DNA of 63,498 nucleotides, filler included, from Parasitella parasitica NRRL 2501 (taxonomy: Eukaryota; Fungi; Mucoromycota): NCBI GenBank assembly GCA_025201805.1. It is 10 parts of 10 records of this genome, joined end to end, with 100 filler letters (N's around TTAATTAATTAA, not from the genome) between each part and the next. Parts side by side here need not be neighbours in the genome. Positions count along the whole stretch, not along the records: positions 17,829 to 47,408 come from MU619442.1; positions 47,509 to 49,771 come from MU619573.1; positions 49,872 to 53,219 come from MU619332.1; 7 more parts are not named here. One strand, 5' to 3'. The notes under the pieces are model-generated. The model made no database searches and was not told the DNA's origin. It saw only the letters and a program-made list of their open reading frames with translations. The position numbers and the translations under genes are program-made. Shown piece after piece: positions 37,412 to 51,748 of the stretch (positions are counted from its first letter, which is position 1; the number at the start of each line of letters is the position of its first letter).

Positions 37412-38562
37412 ATGAGTTATTCTCCACCGTCAGATCCTCAACATAGTAACCATAATAGACAGCCGTCATTGCCAACTGTATATGAAGATAATGATCCATA
37501 TAGAATTGTTAAGAAGAGCCCACATTTAGGTATTTTTTTTTTTTTTTGTAATTTTTTCTTTTGCCTATTAACCTATTAAAAGTAGGCTCGATTTCGGATA
37601 ATTCAGAATTCGATGCTGTTCATTCTCGTACTGCTTCGGATAGTAGCACAAGTAGATTGTATAATGGTGCTATGGGATTACCACCATCAAATGACTATGA
37701 AGACCCATACGCCAAATGCAATTATAAAAAATGGAGAGCTTCTATCACCAACAACCATGGCAGCGACAGAGCGAATTCTTATCTCCCATATTCACATCAT
37801 CAAAGAGATCCACACCAAAAGACTGAGCCTATTTATATAGAGGAATACGCAGCACCAGCGTCAACTACATTAGGCATGGGCTCAATGTTACAAGACAGCA
37901 TGACAGACCAAATAAATATGCGACCATCACAGCAGGCACAAATACCCGATTACAATGATAAAATGAGCACTTTACCACATATGAAAAAACGTAAACAAAA
38001 AAAGAGATGCTGTGGAGTACGCTATAGAACGATTGCCTTTATCGCGGTCATTTTTGCTGCAATTATAGCAGTTGTATGGTATTTTGTATGGCCACGTATT
38101 CCTGAAATGACCTTGGATGATGTAGACAATGTAGGGTCGATTCAAGTTGTTACCAACACAACCGAAAAAAGCATGTCAACTAGTTGGTTACTCAACATGA
38201 CAGCCGACAATTCTGCAAATTGGGTTCCCACACACATAAACTCTCTTGATGTATCCATTACAGATGATAAATCGCTACAAAGCTTTGGAAACGGCTCTCT
38301 GTCCTCGTTTACGTTACCCGCGAGAGCGAAATCCGCAGTGTATATCCCAATAGAGATCTATTATGCGTCTGACACAGCAAATGACACAACATTTCAAGAC
38401 CTCTACAATGCTTGTGGGGTGCAAGTTACTTCCAACATGCCTTTTGAGAACCAGCAAGATGTGCTAAATATCACGTTGCATTTAACATACCACATTGCTG
38501 GGATAGTCTGGGCTTCCCAACGCCAAGTGCCTTATAATGGTCTCATCTGTCCAACGAGCTAA
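37412..38562 (+). CDS. Single-pass membrane protein with LEA_2-like lumenal domain (intron 37530-37585)
   Basis: KKRCC followed by a TM helix and FVWPRIP; NSANW and N-glycosylation sequons. The upstream exon MSYSPPSD... joins in phase 1. Confidence 0.75.
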
Positions 38563-38808
38563 TCAGCTACTGTATATAGAATCTAACTCATACCCTTTCA
38601 CAGTCAAATAAACAAAGAACTATTCGTGGCAGCTGCATATTCCTAACAACTGATCCTTGCATCTATATCCACGCCTTCTCTTGCAAATTCAGGTTTTTTT
38701 TTTTTTTTTTTTTGCTTGAAACTCAATGTCATCATTATAATTTTTCGAGTTAAATTACAACCGCTGCACAAGAAAAAAAATCTTTTTCGCAGCCAACTGA
38801 AGTAAAGA

Positions 38809-39876
38809 ATGTCCAAAACAAGCAGCGTAGCCAACGTGGCATTGAAAAAGAAGAGGTATTTCACCGATTTACCTTCATTAAAAGTGCTCTCCAGACCCCA
38901 AGATGCGAGATCTGAAGTGACAGTCTATGTCAAAGGATTTCTGGCCGAAGGAGATTCGCCTGAGAATTTTCAAGACTGGCTGCACTCTCATAGACTCTTG
39001 GTGTTGAGCCCAAGCCATAGATGGGCTTCTTCTGCATTAGGGTAAGAGTGTGTACGTTGTATAAAATGCACAGAATTCATTGGCGTTCAATTGTTAGGTA
39101 CTCGTGGCCTTCAGGTAGTGCAGCATCACATGTACCAATTCCTCTTGCTTCGTTTGGATCCACGGCATACTTGATTGCCAAAAACTTGAAGCAATTAAAA
39201 AACCTTCGTTTTCCCACTCCAGCATCTATTGCAGGTGCAGTTGCGATCGATGCTGGTATCCACGCTATGCGATTAGCATACCAATATAACATTGCAAACC
39301 AAGAAAGCCACGATAGAGCGGAAATGCTGGCCTGGCGACTATTGGATCTACGCCGGAAATATGAGTACTTACGGATAGTTGGGCATTCTCTTGGCTGCCG
39401 GCACATAGTGGAAGCATGCTCACTAATGAATGCTAATGAAAGGTGAGTAATCTCTCTCTTTCTCTCTTTCTGTCTTTCTGTCTTCCTATCTCTATATCTC
39501 TACTTCTCCCTGTGCAAAAGTCGCAATACTGACAGGAGATATAATTAGACCAGATTCCATTCATCTGTGTGCTCCAGCACTTGTTGCACCAGATATTGTA
39601 AATCAGATTCGCAAAGAGACAGGCGGATTAGGGCAAAATAGGACATTGATATACTACTCGCAGAAGGACATTACACTAGGCATTTTGCTACGAGTCCTTC
39701 TAAGAGGAGACCAAGCCGTCGGTGAGATCGGATTACCAGAAAAATTAGGATTTGAGAAAGATTGGCTTGATGAATCAGTGCAATCAATTGATGTTTCCAA
39801 GAGCTTGGGAGGCTTATATGTGGGAGCACATACTGACTATGCTAATAAGTTTCATTACTTTGCACAACCATATTGA
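38809..39876 (+). CDS. Alpha/beta-hydrolase-fold protein (DUF726/DUF900-like), 3 exons
   Basis: VYVKGFL, GYSWPSG, nucleophile motif IVGHSLG, YYSQKD..L and terminal AHTDY. Confidence 0.8.
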
Positions 39877-40034
39877 ACGCAGTCGAAATATACCACATTA
39901 TTATTCATAAAATATTTTTCTCTGTTTGTCGAAATTGATTAAATTACCTGGTTTCACTTTTTGTTCCAGACCCTTTCTTTCTCTTTCTCTTTCTCTTTCT
40001 TTTTTTATTTTTTATTTTGTCAATCGAATTCGGA

Positions 40035-41494
40035 ATGGTCAGCGCAATACGCCACAAAGCAAATGAATTACACATTGATCTGGAAAATCAAGAGATTATT
40101 CTGTTGGGACATTCATCCGAGTCTGCAGGAAAGCTATTAAGAGGCACTGTCACCCTCAATCTAACAGAACCAATGAAGATAAAATCAGTGACACTGCTGT
40201 TTCTTGGCAAAATGAAAGTGTCTTGGTCTGAAGGTATGCCGTTCAATTGACATTTTGAAGGGAATATCCGCTAAGAGGAAATACAGGCATTGGTCATCAC
40301 CAGCACTACCACAAGCAGGAAAAAGATATTATTGAGCACCGATGGCAGTTCGTGCCAATTATGGATCAAGCCCACAAAAAGGCATTTACATTAGGAGCAG
40401 GGCTACATACATGGGATTTTGAATTGCTACTACCAGGTGATCTGCCGCAATCATTGCAGGCTGAAGGAGGTCAAGTGATTTATAGACTGAAGGCGGTAGT
40501 AGAGCGCACTGCGTTTTTGCAGAATATCGTAAAAAAGCAGACAGTACAGATCACTCGATGTATGCTTCCCTCTGAATTTGAACTCGTACAAACCCTCGAA
40601 ATTCACAATACCTGGGCAGAGAAGATGATGTATGACATTCTGCTACCCTCCAAAGTGTACGCTAGAGGTCAGTTGATCCCAATCTCTTTTCACATTACAC
40701 CAATTGCCACGAAACTACGAGTGCGTTCGTTAACAGCTACTTTGAAAGAATACTGCACATACACAGCAAATGATTGCTCAAAAACAGATACTCGCATCAT
40801 CAAACTGCAGCGAGTCGAAGACCCTTTTCCAATCAATCAACCCATCTCATCAGCGCCTGTTTCCTGGTTAAAAGAATTGCAGTTGGATATTCCTCCCATG
40901 TCCTCTCAGCTGGCATTTTGCGATGCTGATAACGAAATGATCCGAATTCGCCATAAGCTGAAATTCATCATATGTCTCGTCAATGCCGATGGCCATCTGT
41001 CAGAATTACGCTGTTCAGTTCCTGTTCTGATTATATCATCCATTTCCCAACAAACAGAACTTGATACCCTACCTGCTTATGATCAATCATGGCGTACAGT
41101 CCTCTGTGTGGAAAGCCCTATGGCAACACCATATACTGAGAACCCTCCCATCCTGGCAACAGCGGCATCAGCGGCAACAGCGGCATCAGCAATAGCAACA
41201 GTAACGGCAGCAGAGACAACGGGTTCTATATCCATGGCAACGTCAGGAGCAATGGCAGTGTCAGACGAACCTGTAGTAACATCGCCCATGGGCGATCCTC
41301 TTTGGTGGAATGGTGCTAATTTATCTCGTGTGCCCTCTTATCGTACGGCTGCTCAGCAAGAGTCAGCACAATTATCAACGTCGTTACCCTCGTATGATCA
41401 GTTATCAGTATCGCCAAGACATGCGGCTATGTTTGAGCAGTTAATAATTTCTCCAACAAATAGACAGCAACAACCTCACCCACCCTCACCATGA
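40035..41494 (+). CDS. Alpha-arrestin (CreD/Rod1-like) (intron 40234-40285)
   Basis: LLRGTVTLNL, GDLPQSL...YRLKAVVER, IRHKLKF...NADGHLSELR; PY-like motifs LPAY, VPSY and LPSY. Confidence 0.92.
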
Positions 41495-43260
41495 TTATTA
41501 GTTTATAAATTTTTCCTTTTATTATTATTTTGGATTCCTCACTCTCATTGTATTCGCATGTTAAATGTGAAATCTCAATGATGTGTTGATTTCCAAGACC
41601 TTTACCTTTTTTTTTTTTTTTTTTTTTTTCTTGTGTAAAAATGATCTAGATCCTTGTCTCATAATAATTCTTTGATGCGAACCAATTGAGGACAGTGTCT
41701 GGAATTCATGAGAAAAAGCACAAAGCACAAAGCACAAACATCTTCACAGATGTGAAATGTATTATTTTTAAAGAATTTGTTTATTACGATTAAGAGAGAA
41801 AGAATGCATCAACAATTCAAAGAAGCGAGGCGAGGGTATCTAAAGATATTGTAATTAGTATGTTGGTTCCAAAGATATTCATATAGAAAATAAACAAAAT
41901 CAGACGTGTGCATATTGACTTCAATCGTGAGGCGTCGGTGGGTCCCTACAGACGAATAAATCCATCGTAGTACCGACGTGAGCCCCCATGATCAGACGCA
42001 AATTATAATCATCAGGAGTATTGTTTATTTTCCACCGTATTTTCCTTTATAATTACCTTTTGCCGAGATTGATTGTAAAAGAAACAAGACATTGTACAGG
42101 ATTATGACCTCTATTTATATTTGTGGTGCATGTGTTGCTGAAAATTTTTCTCGGCTATTACCGTCACGAGAAAGCAGTCTAGAGGGTGCGCTTCATGAAA
42201 ACTGGATGCAGAGAATGGCAGACAATCCAGCCTCAAGATGCCGTTGAGTACCATTTTTAGGCGCACCTAGTAATCATGTATATACAGTATCTAATCAGCC
42301 AGTAACGGTCGTAAATAACCAACTTTCAATTTCATGATAGAGATTGAGTTTATGCAAACTGTTCTAGACATGCAAATTAGTATAAATTCATTGGGCAACC
42401 ACCTAAGCTACCTTTCTAATAGTTCCAAGTCATAATTTGACGGATACACACAAATTAATGCCTTGTTAGTATATGCAATTTGATACTCTGATACTGTGAT
42501 GGTTTTGTGGTTTTACCTTTTTTTTTTGCTTTTTGTTTAAATACTTATGCGGTTCTATAGACATGTTTAAATATTTGAGCTTATTATATCATATGTCTAT
42601 TATCTAACAGATATGTCTGAAATAATTTATCAGGTATGAAATACAAACATTTTTGTATTGTGGCCCGTTAGGTGATTGTTCAGCTTCAGGTATCTGAAGA
42701 ACTTGTCGTTAGTGTCGATAAAGAAACCCAAATAGTCATTCGTTTAAAAATCCATTTTGCTCCTGCACAATGGCTGTTTGATCAAAAATAAAACAAGTAG
42801 ACCGCCGCAATTTCGCAAATCATTGTAAAATGTTCTCTATTCTTGGGCATTTTTAATCTTGAATAGAAATCTAAAAATGTGTTTGTATTTAATATTTTTT
42901 GTCCCTTCTCGAAATATTCTTAGGGAGATATTTCTCTTCTCTCAGAAACGTCTTGGCTTTTATCAGAAATAAAAGGTTTTGTTATCAGAAACCCTAATAC
43001 ATATTATTACAAGCACCGTGGTATTGTTATTGAAATCTCGAGTCAGGAACAAACGTGAGAGCTTTTACATTGTGACAAATAAGTATTGCATACAACACTG
43101 TAGGGAAGCGATGAATCAAGTATAGGGATGATCGAGAAAATGTGTGTATGAATGGTTTTTTTTTTTTGTGCTATTAGCAATTTTGAACTTTTTATGTAGC
43201 TTTTTGATTTTGTACAGTTAATTTGTCATCATAACATGACAAAAAAAGAAAAAAAAATAC

Positions 43261-46200
43261 TTAGACGCTTTCAGCTTCAACCTCTGAACGTTCGATACCT
43301 GTAGCAGCAAGAAGTCTATTAACATGTTCTGGCGCCTTGGGAACATCAATGATCAAATCTTCATAACCTTCCCAGAAACTCTTGAATGCAAGGATGTATT
43401 CTTCTCTTGACACTATTCTTTCTTTAGAAAGCTCAGTAATTATTTCACAAGCAACATCAACATCTTGGGTCTTCCTTTCAACGACATCTAATAATTTGCC
43501 TGCAAAAACTACGCGGTAATCTGTGTGGTCCAATTCTTTCACGCATTCCAATAATTCCTAGTATCATTTCGATTAAAAGTCTACACAATGGCGTTGCCTA
43601 CTGCAAAATCTTACCTTCTTATCACGAAGACTGAAATATTCTTCAATTATATTTTTTGATTTACGCTTTACAATCTCATCACTCAATTTCTTCTCGCTAG
43701 TTGCTGGAGCAGGGGATTCTTCCTTCTTTTCACCTTCCTCAGACTCGTGACCAGTACTACTGCGAGGTAGTAATTGTAACTTTTTACGCTCGCCAGAGTG
43801 TGGCTCTTCACCCTCATCGCCCAAAGCACTAAACATATTGGCCATTGAAGTAGCAGGACTAGAAGCACGGTTATCAGCAGATGCAGCCTTCTTATCAAGA
43901 TTAGACTTGGAGCCAGAGCGCGCCAAACTAGAAAACGGACTACTGGACGGACCAAGAACATTATTTCTTGATTTGCTACGATCAGTCTTACCAAAGTTAG
44001 CGAGTTCGTTCATGCGGCCAGATCTAGGACCAGAAGTAGGACTACTTGTACCAACAGTATTCCAACCATCAGTACTGGAAGTGGGGGTATTACCACCGCT
44101 TTGGTTATCTTGATTAGGATTGTTGTTGCTATTGCGAGATGAGTTTTGACGTTGGATATCACGACCACCACGAGAGCTTTGACGAGACATGGGATGAGGA
44201 CTGTTGCCACCACGAGAGCTACCAGAACGTTTCATGGTTTCCTTTTCCTTTTCTACGTTTGCCTTCTTGGCTTGTTCGTGGATTTCCGCAATAGTGGTGG
44301 GCGCAGGTTGATTAGCACGCTTAGAAGCCCACCTATTCTTACGGAGGTCAAGGACATCCAGGATCAAGAAGTTGACTCTAGAGCTCAGAATATTGGACTT
44401 GTACATTTCTTCCATCCTGGCGAAATAGACATCAAGCCATTGCCTGTTCTTTTCACTAGATGTATCAAAGACTTTACCCATGGTAGTCAACAGCTTGCAC
44501 ATGCTTTCAGTTTCCTCGTCTTCAGGGTGAGATGGATCAGCGCAGAGTTTCATTAGACATGTCATCAAGACTTGGTCAGTCAGCATATGAAGCTTGTAAA
44601 GCTCGCCAATGAATTGAACAAGACCTAGGCCTTGACGCTTGGCCTTGACCATAGCATAATACTCGTCGGTCATCATGACATCAGGGGAGGATTCATCAAA
44701 CGAGGCTGCATCAATCTTCCAACCTCTTTCAAACCCTTCTTGACAACGGTTCAGAAGATATTTACGATAAAGAGGGCCGCCAGAGACAACTTGTTTGTTT
44801 TTATCGAGAATATTGACGTCCTTGATTTTGTTATCATGCGAAATAGTGTCATACATCTTTTTACACAATTGAGCCCACATGCTGGCAAAGTTAGGCTCAT
44901 CACAAGCCTTGTCAAAAACGAGTTGGATGACAGTTTTAAGAGATTTACCATCGTCTTCCTTTTCAGATTGCTTTGCAAATTCCAAAATTTGATCGGAAAT
45001 AGAATCAAACTTTTCTAGTGTCAGTTTGTTGAGGAGACTCTTAACCTTACGAATAACAACTTCCTGAGCCACCATTTCTACATTCTCAGACTCTGCTTTA
45101 TCTGAAGCATTCGCAGTAACACCATCGGTGGCAACAACGGCAGGCATCCAGCGATTTTCGCTCTTTTCTAAAGGCACCACTTGCTCAAGAGGAATAGTGG
45201 GACCGCCAGGTTGCTCTCTTGGAGGATGACGACCCTTACCACCACGACTGCTACGATTCCTTCCACCATGGGAACCTTGACGTTCCATGCCAGGTGAGTT
45301 GGGACCATTGCTGCCTTGACGGTGAGAGATTTGACGACCTCCAGAAAACTTGCCCATCTCACCACGGCCATCGCGGGAGTTATTTCTATACATTCCATCG
45401 CCAGAACCTCCAGGAGTACGAGGCCCACGACCACGGTCAGATGTCTGACGACGAGACATACTACGTCTGTTATTATCATTACCGCCTGACTCCTCATTCA
45501 TGCTTTGAAATTGTGATAAATCCTCGTCCGATTCAAGGCAAAGCTTTTGAAATTGCATTAAAAAGGCAGGCTCATATGAGATCTTGCCTGAAACAGGATC
45601 TCTGGCGCTGGGAGCAAGGAATTCGGGGGGATACTCGATAGAACTGAAGTCTTCGATAACAGGCATAGGAGGGCCCTTTACCTTGGTGGGAGTAAGACCA
45701 GTGGGTGTAGAAACAGGCGAGTCATGGAATACATGAGAGGGAATAGCAGACATATCAAGTCGACCGGGAGCAAGGCCTCTAGCAGCCTTATTAGCAGTGA
45801 TGGTAGCGATGCGCTCTTCTTCCTTGACACCTTTGTCAGAGGTAGTCTTTGATTCTCCATATTTGGCTTCCTCTGTCTTTGCCTCGTCAACTTTATCTCC
45901 TTCGATTGTCTTGGCTTCCTGAGCTTTAGATTCCTCGATCTTCTTGGCTTCTTTGGCAGCTTTAGCATCTGCTTCCTCTTTTGCTTTCTTTTCTTGCTCC
46001 CTTCTAGCTGCCTCTTCCTTTGCCTTTTGTTCAGCTTCTTCTTTGGCCTTTTGTTCAGCCTCTTCCTTTGCCTTTTGTTCAGCCTCTTCCTTTGCCTTTT
46101 GTTCAGCCTCTTCCTTTGCCTTTTGTTCAGCTTTTTCTTTGGCCTTTTGCTCAGCCTCTTCCTTTGCTCTTTGTTCAGCTTCTTCCTTTGCCTTTAGTTC

Positions 46201-47235
46201 AGCTTCTTTCTTGGCCTTAAGTTCAGCCTCTTCTTTCAACTTTCGTTCAGCTTCTTCCTTGGCCTTAAGTTCAGCCTCTTCTTTAGCCTTTTGTTCTTTC
46301 TTGGCCATTTGCTCAGCTTCCTCCTTTGCTTTTTTTTCAGCTTCTTCTCTTGCTCTTTGTTCAGCCTCTTCCTTTGCTTTTCTTTCGGCTTCCTCTTTGG
46401 CTTTTCTTTCAGACTCTTCCTCTTTTTCCTACAGAAAAGATCATGTCAAATGTCAGCTGTCAAAATTCGCATTGTTCAAAAGTTAGCTACACTTACTTTA
46501 GGGTTCACAATCTTGATAGCGCGAGATGGAGCAGTGTTGATTTTAAAGTCCTTCATTTCTTTGGGAGGTTCATCAGTCTTGGAAGAGGCGGCAGTAGTAA
46601 GTTCTTTGTTAGCAGATTGGTTGGAGAGGTTGATGACTTCACTTGTGTTGGGGTTGATAATGGGGATTGCTCTGTTGACAGTCAGCTGAGGAACAAATGC
46701 TTGACCTCCGTAAGAGGGCATAGGCATAGAATACGAGTTGGAGCTGTAATATTGAGAAGGACGGTACTAGAACCAAATTTAACACACAAACTATAGCAGT
46801 ATGATGATGATTTCTACTTACATATTGATTATTTGGCCAATTCCCAGAATTATTTTGGTTGGCGTTCATGTTGGGAGATGTAGCAGAGCCCATATGAGGG
46901 GATACGGGACTTTTATGATGTGGGGCGTAGCTAGGCTGCATAGTGGGTGAAGGCATGTTGTTGTTATGCTTGCCTTGATTGGCCTTAGGACGGTTGCTGT
47001 AATAACGATTGCCATTGAAATGAGGCTCAGAGTTGGATGTGTTGGATTGTGTTGAGTCGCGACGCTGAAAATCCAACTGCTGTTAGATTCGAAATAATAC
47101 ATACAAACGATACAATACTTACAGGTGCAATATTTTCGCTGACGGGTAAAACATCGGCGGCTACTGTCTTGGTTTCCTCAGCCTTTGTGTCTGCTGTGGC
47201 AGAACTAGATTGGATCGATGCTAGGGATAATCTAT
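43261..47235 (-). CDS. TIF4631: Translation initiation factor eIF4G, multi-exon; extreme 5' end not resolved before the gap
   Basis: eIF4E-binding YEPAFLM; MIF4G motifs KVKSLLNKLTLEKFDSI, FDKACDEPNFASMWA and LGLVQFIGEL; MA3-like C-terminus (IIEEYF...DLIIDVPKAP). Confidence 0.92.
45960..46430 (-). repeat. 24-bp coding tandem repeat (KAKEEAEQ)n in eIF4G
   Basis: Visible periodicity in both DNA and protein. Confidence 0.85.
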
Positions 47236-47508
47236 AAGCCGTCTCTACATACACATGTATCATTGAATATATCTACCTGTGTTAGTGGAAGAATCTCTAG
47301 ACACATTTCTATTAGTTTTGCTAACATGACTGGGACTACAAAGCAATGTTGAAAGAATTGACTTGGATTTAGTATTCGATAGCCACGTCTTCAGTGTAGA
47401 ACACACACNNNNNNNNNNNNNNNNNNNNNNNNNNNNNNNNNNNNNNNNNNNNTTAATTAATTAANNNNNNNNNNNNNNNNNNNNNNNNNNNNNNNNNNNN
47501 NNNNNNNN

Positions 47509-47602
47509 TAACCTAGCTCGATAAGCACTTTTTTTGGCTCTAAAAAATGTTCCCGTTCATGCACATCTATATTCTTATGAGAACATCGGCGAGGCCATAG
47601 TG
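47509..47602 (-). mobile_element. Terminus of another CACTA-ended element copy (rest in gap)
   Basis: Reverse complement of 53916-54009; ends GGCCATAGTG. Confidence 0.75.
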
Positions 47603-47607
47603 ACCCT

Positions 47608-49771
47608 AGGGTCATTTTTAGGTACGGATTTGAGGTCCAAACCAAGTATACAGGCTGCAGCGAAACGCAGTAAAAAAAGTGTAAAAAAGCAAGATACGAT
47701 TAAAATCCTTCTTTATTTTGAAAGTAGATTGAATCTGCAATAAGCTGTTATATTACATCTCTATTTATATTATTTGGGTGTCGTCTTACTAGCAGACAAT
47801 TGTTTCGTTATTTCTTAACCGTTCCATTATTCTTTATATGTTGTGTTATGAATTCTAACCAGCCGTTCTGGCTTAGTAGTATACTATCATACTACTTGTT
47901 GGGTTGATTAGAGATGGTCATTCATCAGGTCAATAGGATAATTCTATCGTAGCTATTCTAATCTTACGTGAGTGTGAATATTATTGAGTTGTTTATTGAC
48001 GTTATTGATCTAACGATGGATCAAGGACGGCATTTAAAACATAATTCTTATTCATGCGATTAGAAAGCTTTCATTGTTTGATGAATTGTTCCTTTTCAGG
48101 CTTTAGTTTGTGGCACAACATGCTATTTTGACATAATATATCAATTTCTATCCCTGCTATATTTGTTTATCTTTGTAGTCATAGCTTCTATTGTTTTCTT
48201 TTGATATTTCTGATTTTGTTTTAATATACGAAATAGATATACAATTAAAACTGGATATATTTATTCGTATATAAAAAATAAGATGATTTTCTTCTCTACA
48301 CAACATTTGCCTAGACTATTTATACTTTTCGAGTGCTGACATCGGTTGCATGCTTGTGGAATCGAGGCTTAATAAACTTGCACCAGATAGAACCAATTAC
48401 TAGCCATGTGCTGCTAGTACAAGTAATCGTAAACCAGTTATTACCAGAAGGAGACAGGAAGGATAGTGGTCTTGAGAAAGAGTATAATCGCCTTGTGGTA
48501 TAAAGGATTTCTAATGAGTGTAACCATGGTATAATACTTTTGCATAATTGTGAGAATACCCAAGTTGGATCTCAGGCACAACATCAACTCAACAACCCAC
48601 CTCGCTTAGCCTTTACATCCTAAACAGATTTAAGATCAGATAGGAAGATGACAATATTTTATGATGGGAATCTAGTCTTGTTCACTTCACAGGCTAATAC
48701 TAGTATGATAACTGTACGTCACTACGTCTTCCGATTCTCGATATCTATCTTTGCTGTCAAGATATCCCCAAAACCAAATTTTGCAGATTTCCCAAATTTT
48801 ACAGCGTATGTTCCTATAACAAGTACCATATTTTCCAACTAAACCAAGTTCAAGTTTCTAAGTAAAATAATAAAGCGCGTCTTGGTATACCTACTGGTAT
48901 TAAACATGTAGTGTTTAAGCTCGAATGCGACAAGCTTGGGCCAATTTTGTCTTTTTACGCTAAACTTTGTTCCCCTGTTTCTCAAAAACCCACTATGACA
49001 CTTGGGCTTAAGCGATTATTGAAATCTTTTTGAAACCTAATTCTCTACTAGATGTATTATTGTTTAGATAGATATATCGAAAAAAATATTTTTTCATATG
49101 TTTTTAGCAGAGGCTTGATTTATTTTCATAACTTTCAGAGCAATGATTGATATATAAAGAGACATGATATAGCAATGCAAAAATAGAGTTACAAAATAGC
49201 TACCGAAAGGTTTTTGTTTGCTTAAAAAATACCAATTTCTGAGCGAAAAAATCTCGAAAATCGGAATCGATTTTTACTCTTTTGAATGGCTTCATTTTGG
49301 CCCTCTAGACCTAGGACCGGAAAATTGTACATTCATTTTGGTCGAGACAAGATTTTGATTTTTGGCAGAAGAAATAAAGCCACAGTTGTGAACAAAATAT
49401 TGATGTGTAGACATTGACAAGAGGGTGTGTTTGATCAACTTTATAGAGCTGAATATGCTCAAAATATGATCGAATTTACTCAAAAACTATCAAAAAAGGC
49501 GCTTTTGGAATATTTGAGAATTGGTAATAAAAAAAAGTGTTTTTATATCCCTGTAATCTATATGGTTCGATGCAGAATTTATTAAATGTCATAAAACACT
49601 TATTACGCATATCCGATATACCTATTGCGTTTATGAGATATCTAGCAATGAACTATGCGAAAAAAGCTCGAAACTAGTTTGGGTCAAATGGAAACACAGT
49701 GCTGAGATTCAATCTACAGCTTCTTTTTTTTTCGCTGTAAATGAGTGCAAAACCCAGTTTAAATTGAAGAG
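47608..49771. mobile_element. Family E element / composite AT-rich TE debris
   Basis: Starts AGGGTCATTTTTAGGTACGGATTTG and shares segments with 18905-19010 and 35820-36130. Right boundary is uncertain. Confidence 0.5.
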
Positions 49772-49871
49772 NNNNNNNNNNNNNNNNNNNNNNNNNNNNN
49801 NNNNNNNNNNNNNNNTTAATTAATTAANNNNNNNNNNNNNNNNNNNNNNNNNNNNNNNNNNNNNNNNNNNN

Positions 49872-50247
49872 AATTGATACTATGGTTTTGGGCAGGATTG
49901 TCATATTTGAGGATCCTGATTATTTCTAATGCGACTGAGCTTTCCTTATTGTGTAATAAACAAGCCATTTCTGGCATCTAGAATTATTGCAATTGTTTTA
50001 ACAATTGCATTGTTTATACATGTTTAGAATTTGTTTATTTGTAATTATGAGTAGCGTTGTTCAACATTAGCATGTGCCAGGGTTGTAGGAGATTGTACTT
50101 TGATCAGGAGTGGAAGCCTCTACCAACACTTGTTAATGTTTACTTGTGCTTTTCATGTATTTCTTTCTTGGATGGATCAGCCATGATCCATCTGGATTTT
50201 ATTTTAATGTAATTGTGGTGCTATATAATAGATGCCATTTCATTACA
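49872..50247 (+). mobile_element. Third copy of the foldback arm, inserted in gypsy pol
   Basis: Near-identical to 5825-6185; ends CCATTTCATTACA. Confidence 0.85.
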
Positions 50248-51698
50248 GAATACAAGAAAGGAGCTGATAACATTGTACCTGATTTACTATCTCGGCGTGA
50301 TGGTCCAAACTGTATACCTGCATCTTCGTCTATTCAACCTAAATATCTGTATAGTTTAACCAACAATGACACCAAAAAATCTAACAAGGTAATTGATGCA
50401 ACGGATGATCCAATCCATAACTGGCCAAAATTTTACATTCGCCCTGAAAGTGAATGGCCTGAGTCGTTGAAAGAATTACTTACCAAGCACCGCAATCAAT
50501 TCCATGTCATTAATGGCATTATCTATAAAATCAAGAAAGGTCTTCAGAATAATCCTGACCAAGATCTAAAATACATTCCTTTTGGCAAGCGAGCTGATTT
50601 AATCGATGATTTTCATAGTGGATTTGGTCACACTGGGCAAGCTAATGTCTATCACTATATGAAAAGTCGTGTGTGGTGGCCAAATATGCAATCTGATATC
50701 AACCTTTGGTTACGCCGTTGTCCTCAATGCCAATTATCCCAACGCTCTGAAAAAGCTACTCATCATGCACCTATGAAACCACTTGATATTCCTCCACCAT
50801 TTGCTAGATGGCATCTCGATTTCATAGGCGAACTACCTACAACCAAAAACAATAACAGATGGATTTTAGTAGCTGTAGATTATGCAACAAATTGGCCGAT
50901 TATCAAAGCTTTACCGAATGCAACAGGCGCAGCTATTGTCAACTTTATATATGACGAAATTGTGCAAAGATTTGGTAATCCTGCAGAAATTTTTACTGAT
51001 CGAGGTCAAAATTTTATGTCCAAAGTTCTTCAGCAATACATGATAAAGATCAAATCTAAACATACCTTGACCAGTGCTTTTCATCCACGTAGCAATTCAA
51101 AATGTGAAGGCGTTAATCAAATTATCAAGTCTATGCTAAAGAAATACGTCAATGGTGATGTTCACAGCTGGGATGAATACTTGGACACCGTTTCTTTTGC
51201 TTGCCGTATTCGTCGCCATCGTACAACTGGTTATAGTCCCTTCTTTTTAGTTTATGGTGTTCATCCGCGTATCCCAGGAGATTTCCACCGTCCTTTCATT
51301 CAAGACACAACTGAAGCAGATCAAGAATTATTAACGGAAGATGCGCTCCAACGAATTCGTCAACTTCGCGAAAAACGATTCATTGCTGAGGAATACATGA
51401 AATTACAAGGTAAAAAAGACAAAGAAAAGTGGGATATAAAAATGAAGAATGGACAAACTCAGGTCTTTGAAGTGGGAAATTATGTATTACTCCGGCATGA
51501 AACAAAAAAAGGATTAGAATACAACTGGATGGGTTCTTATATTATTCAGAATCGCAACTTGGACTTCAATGTTTACAAAATCAAAGAAGTAGATGGCAAA
51601 GAATACAAATCTTGGGTACATACTGACAGACTACAACTTGCTAAATTCAATGGTGTTAAGATCTCCAATCAATGGTATATCCCTCGCATCGCTAGAGC

Positions 51699-51702
<4 letters not shown>
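50248..51702 (+). mobile_element. Ty3/gypsy pol fragment: RNase H end plus integrase
   Basis: EYKKGADNIVPDLLSR; HHCC (FHSGFGH...CPQC); WHLDF, FTDRG and KCE catalytic positions; TTGYSPFFLVYG. Confidence 0.92.
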
Positions 51703-51735
<33 letters not shown>

Positions 51736-51748
51736 CAATCAATTTTCT

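Noticed and set aside
45944-46689. Plus-strand Ser/Ala/Phe repeat ORFs
   Set aside because: Antisense of the eIF4G EK repeat.
50146-51702. 518-aa ORF as an autonomous Ginger-type integrase belonging to the long-TIR element
   Set aside because: The integrase lies outside the TIR's ACA end, is preceded by a gypsy RNase H tail and followed by PPT+LTR. The first ~34 aa are translated TIR sequence, as in ORFs 6098 and 3971.
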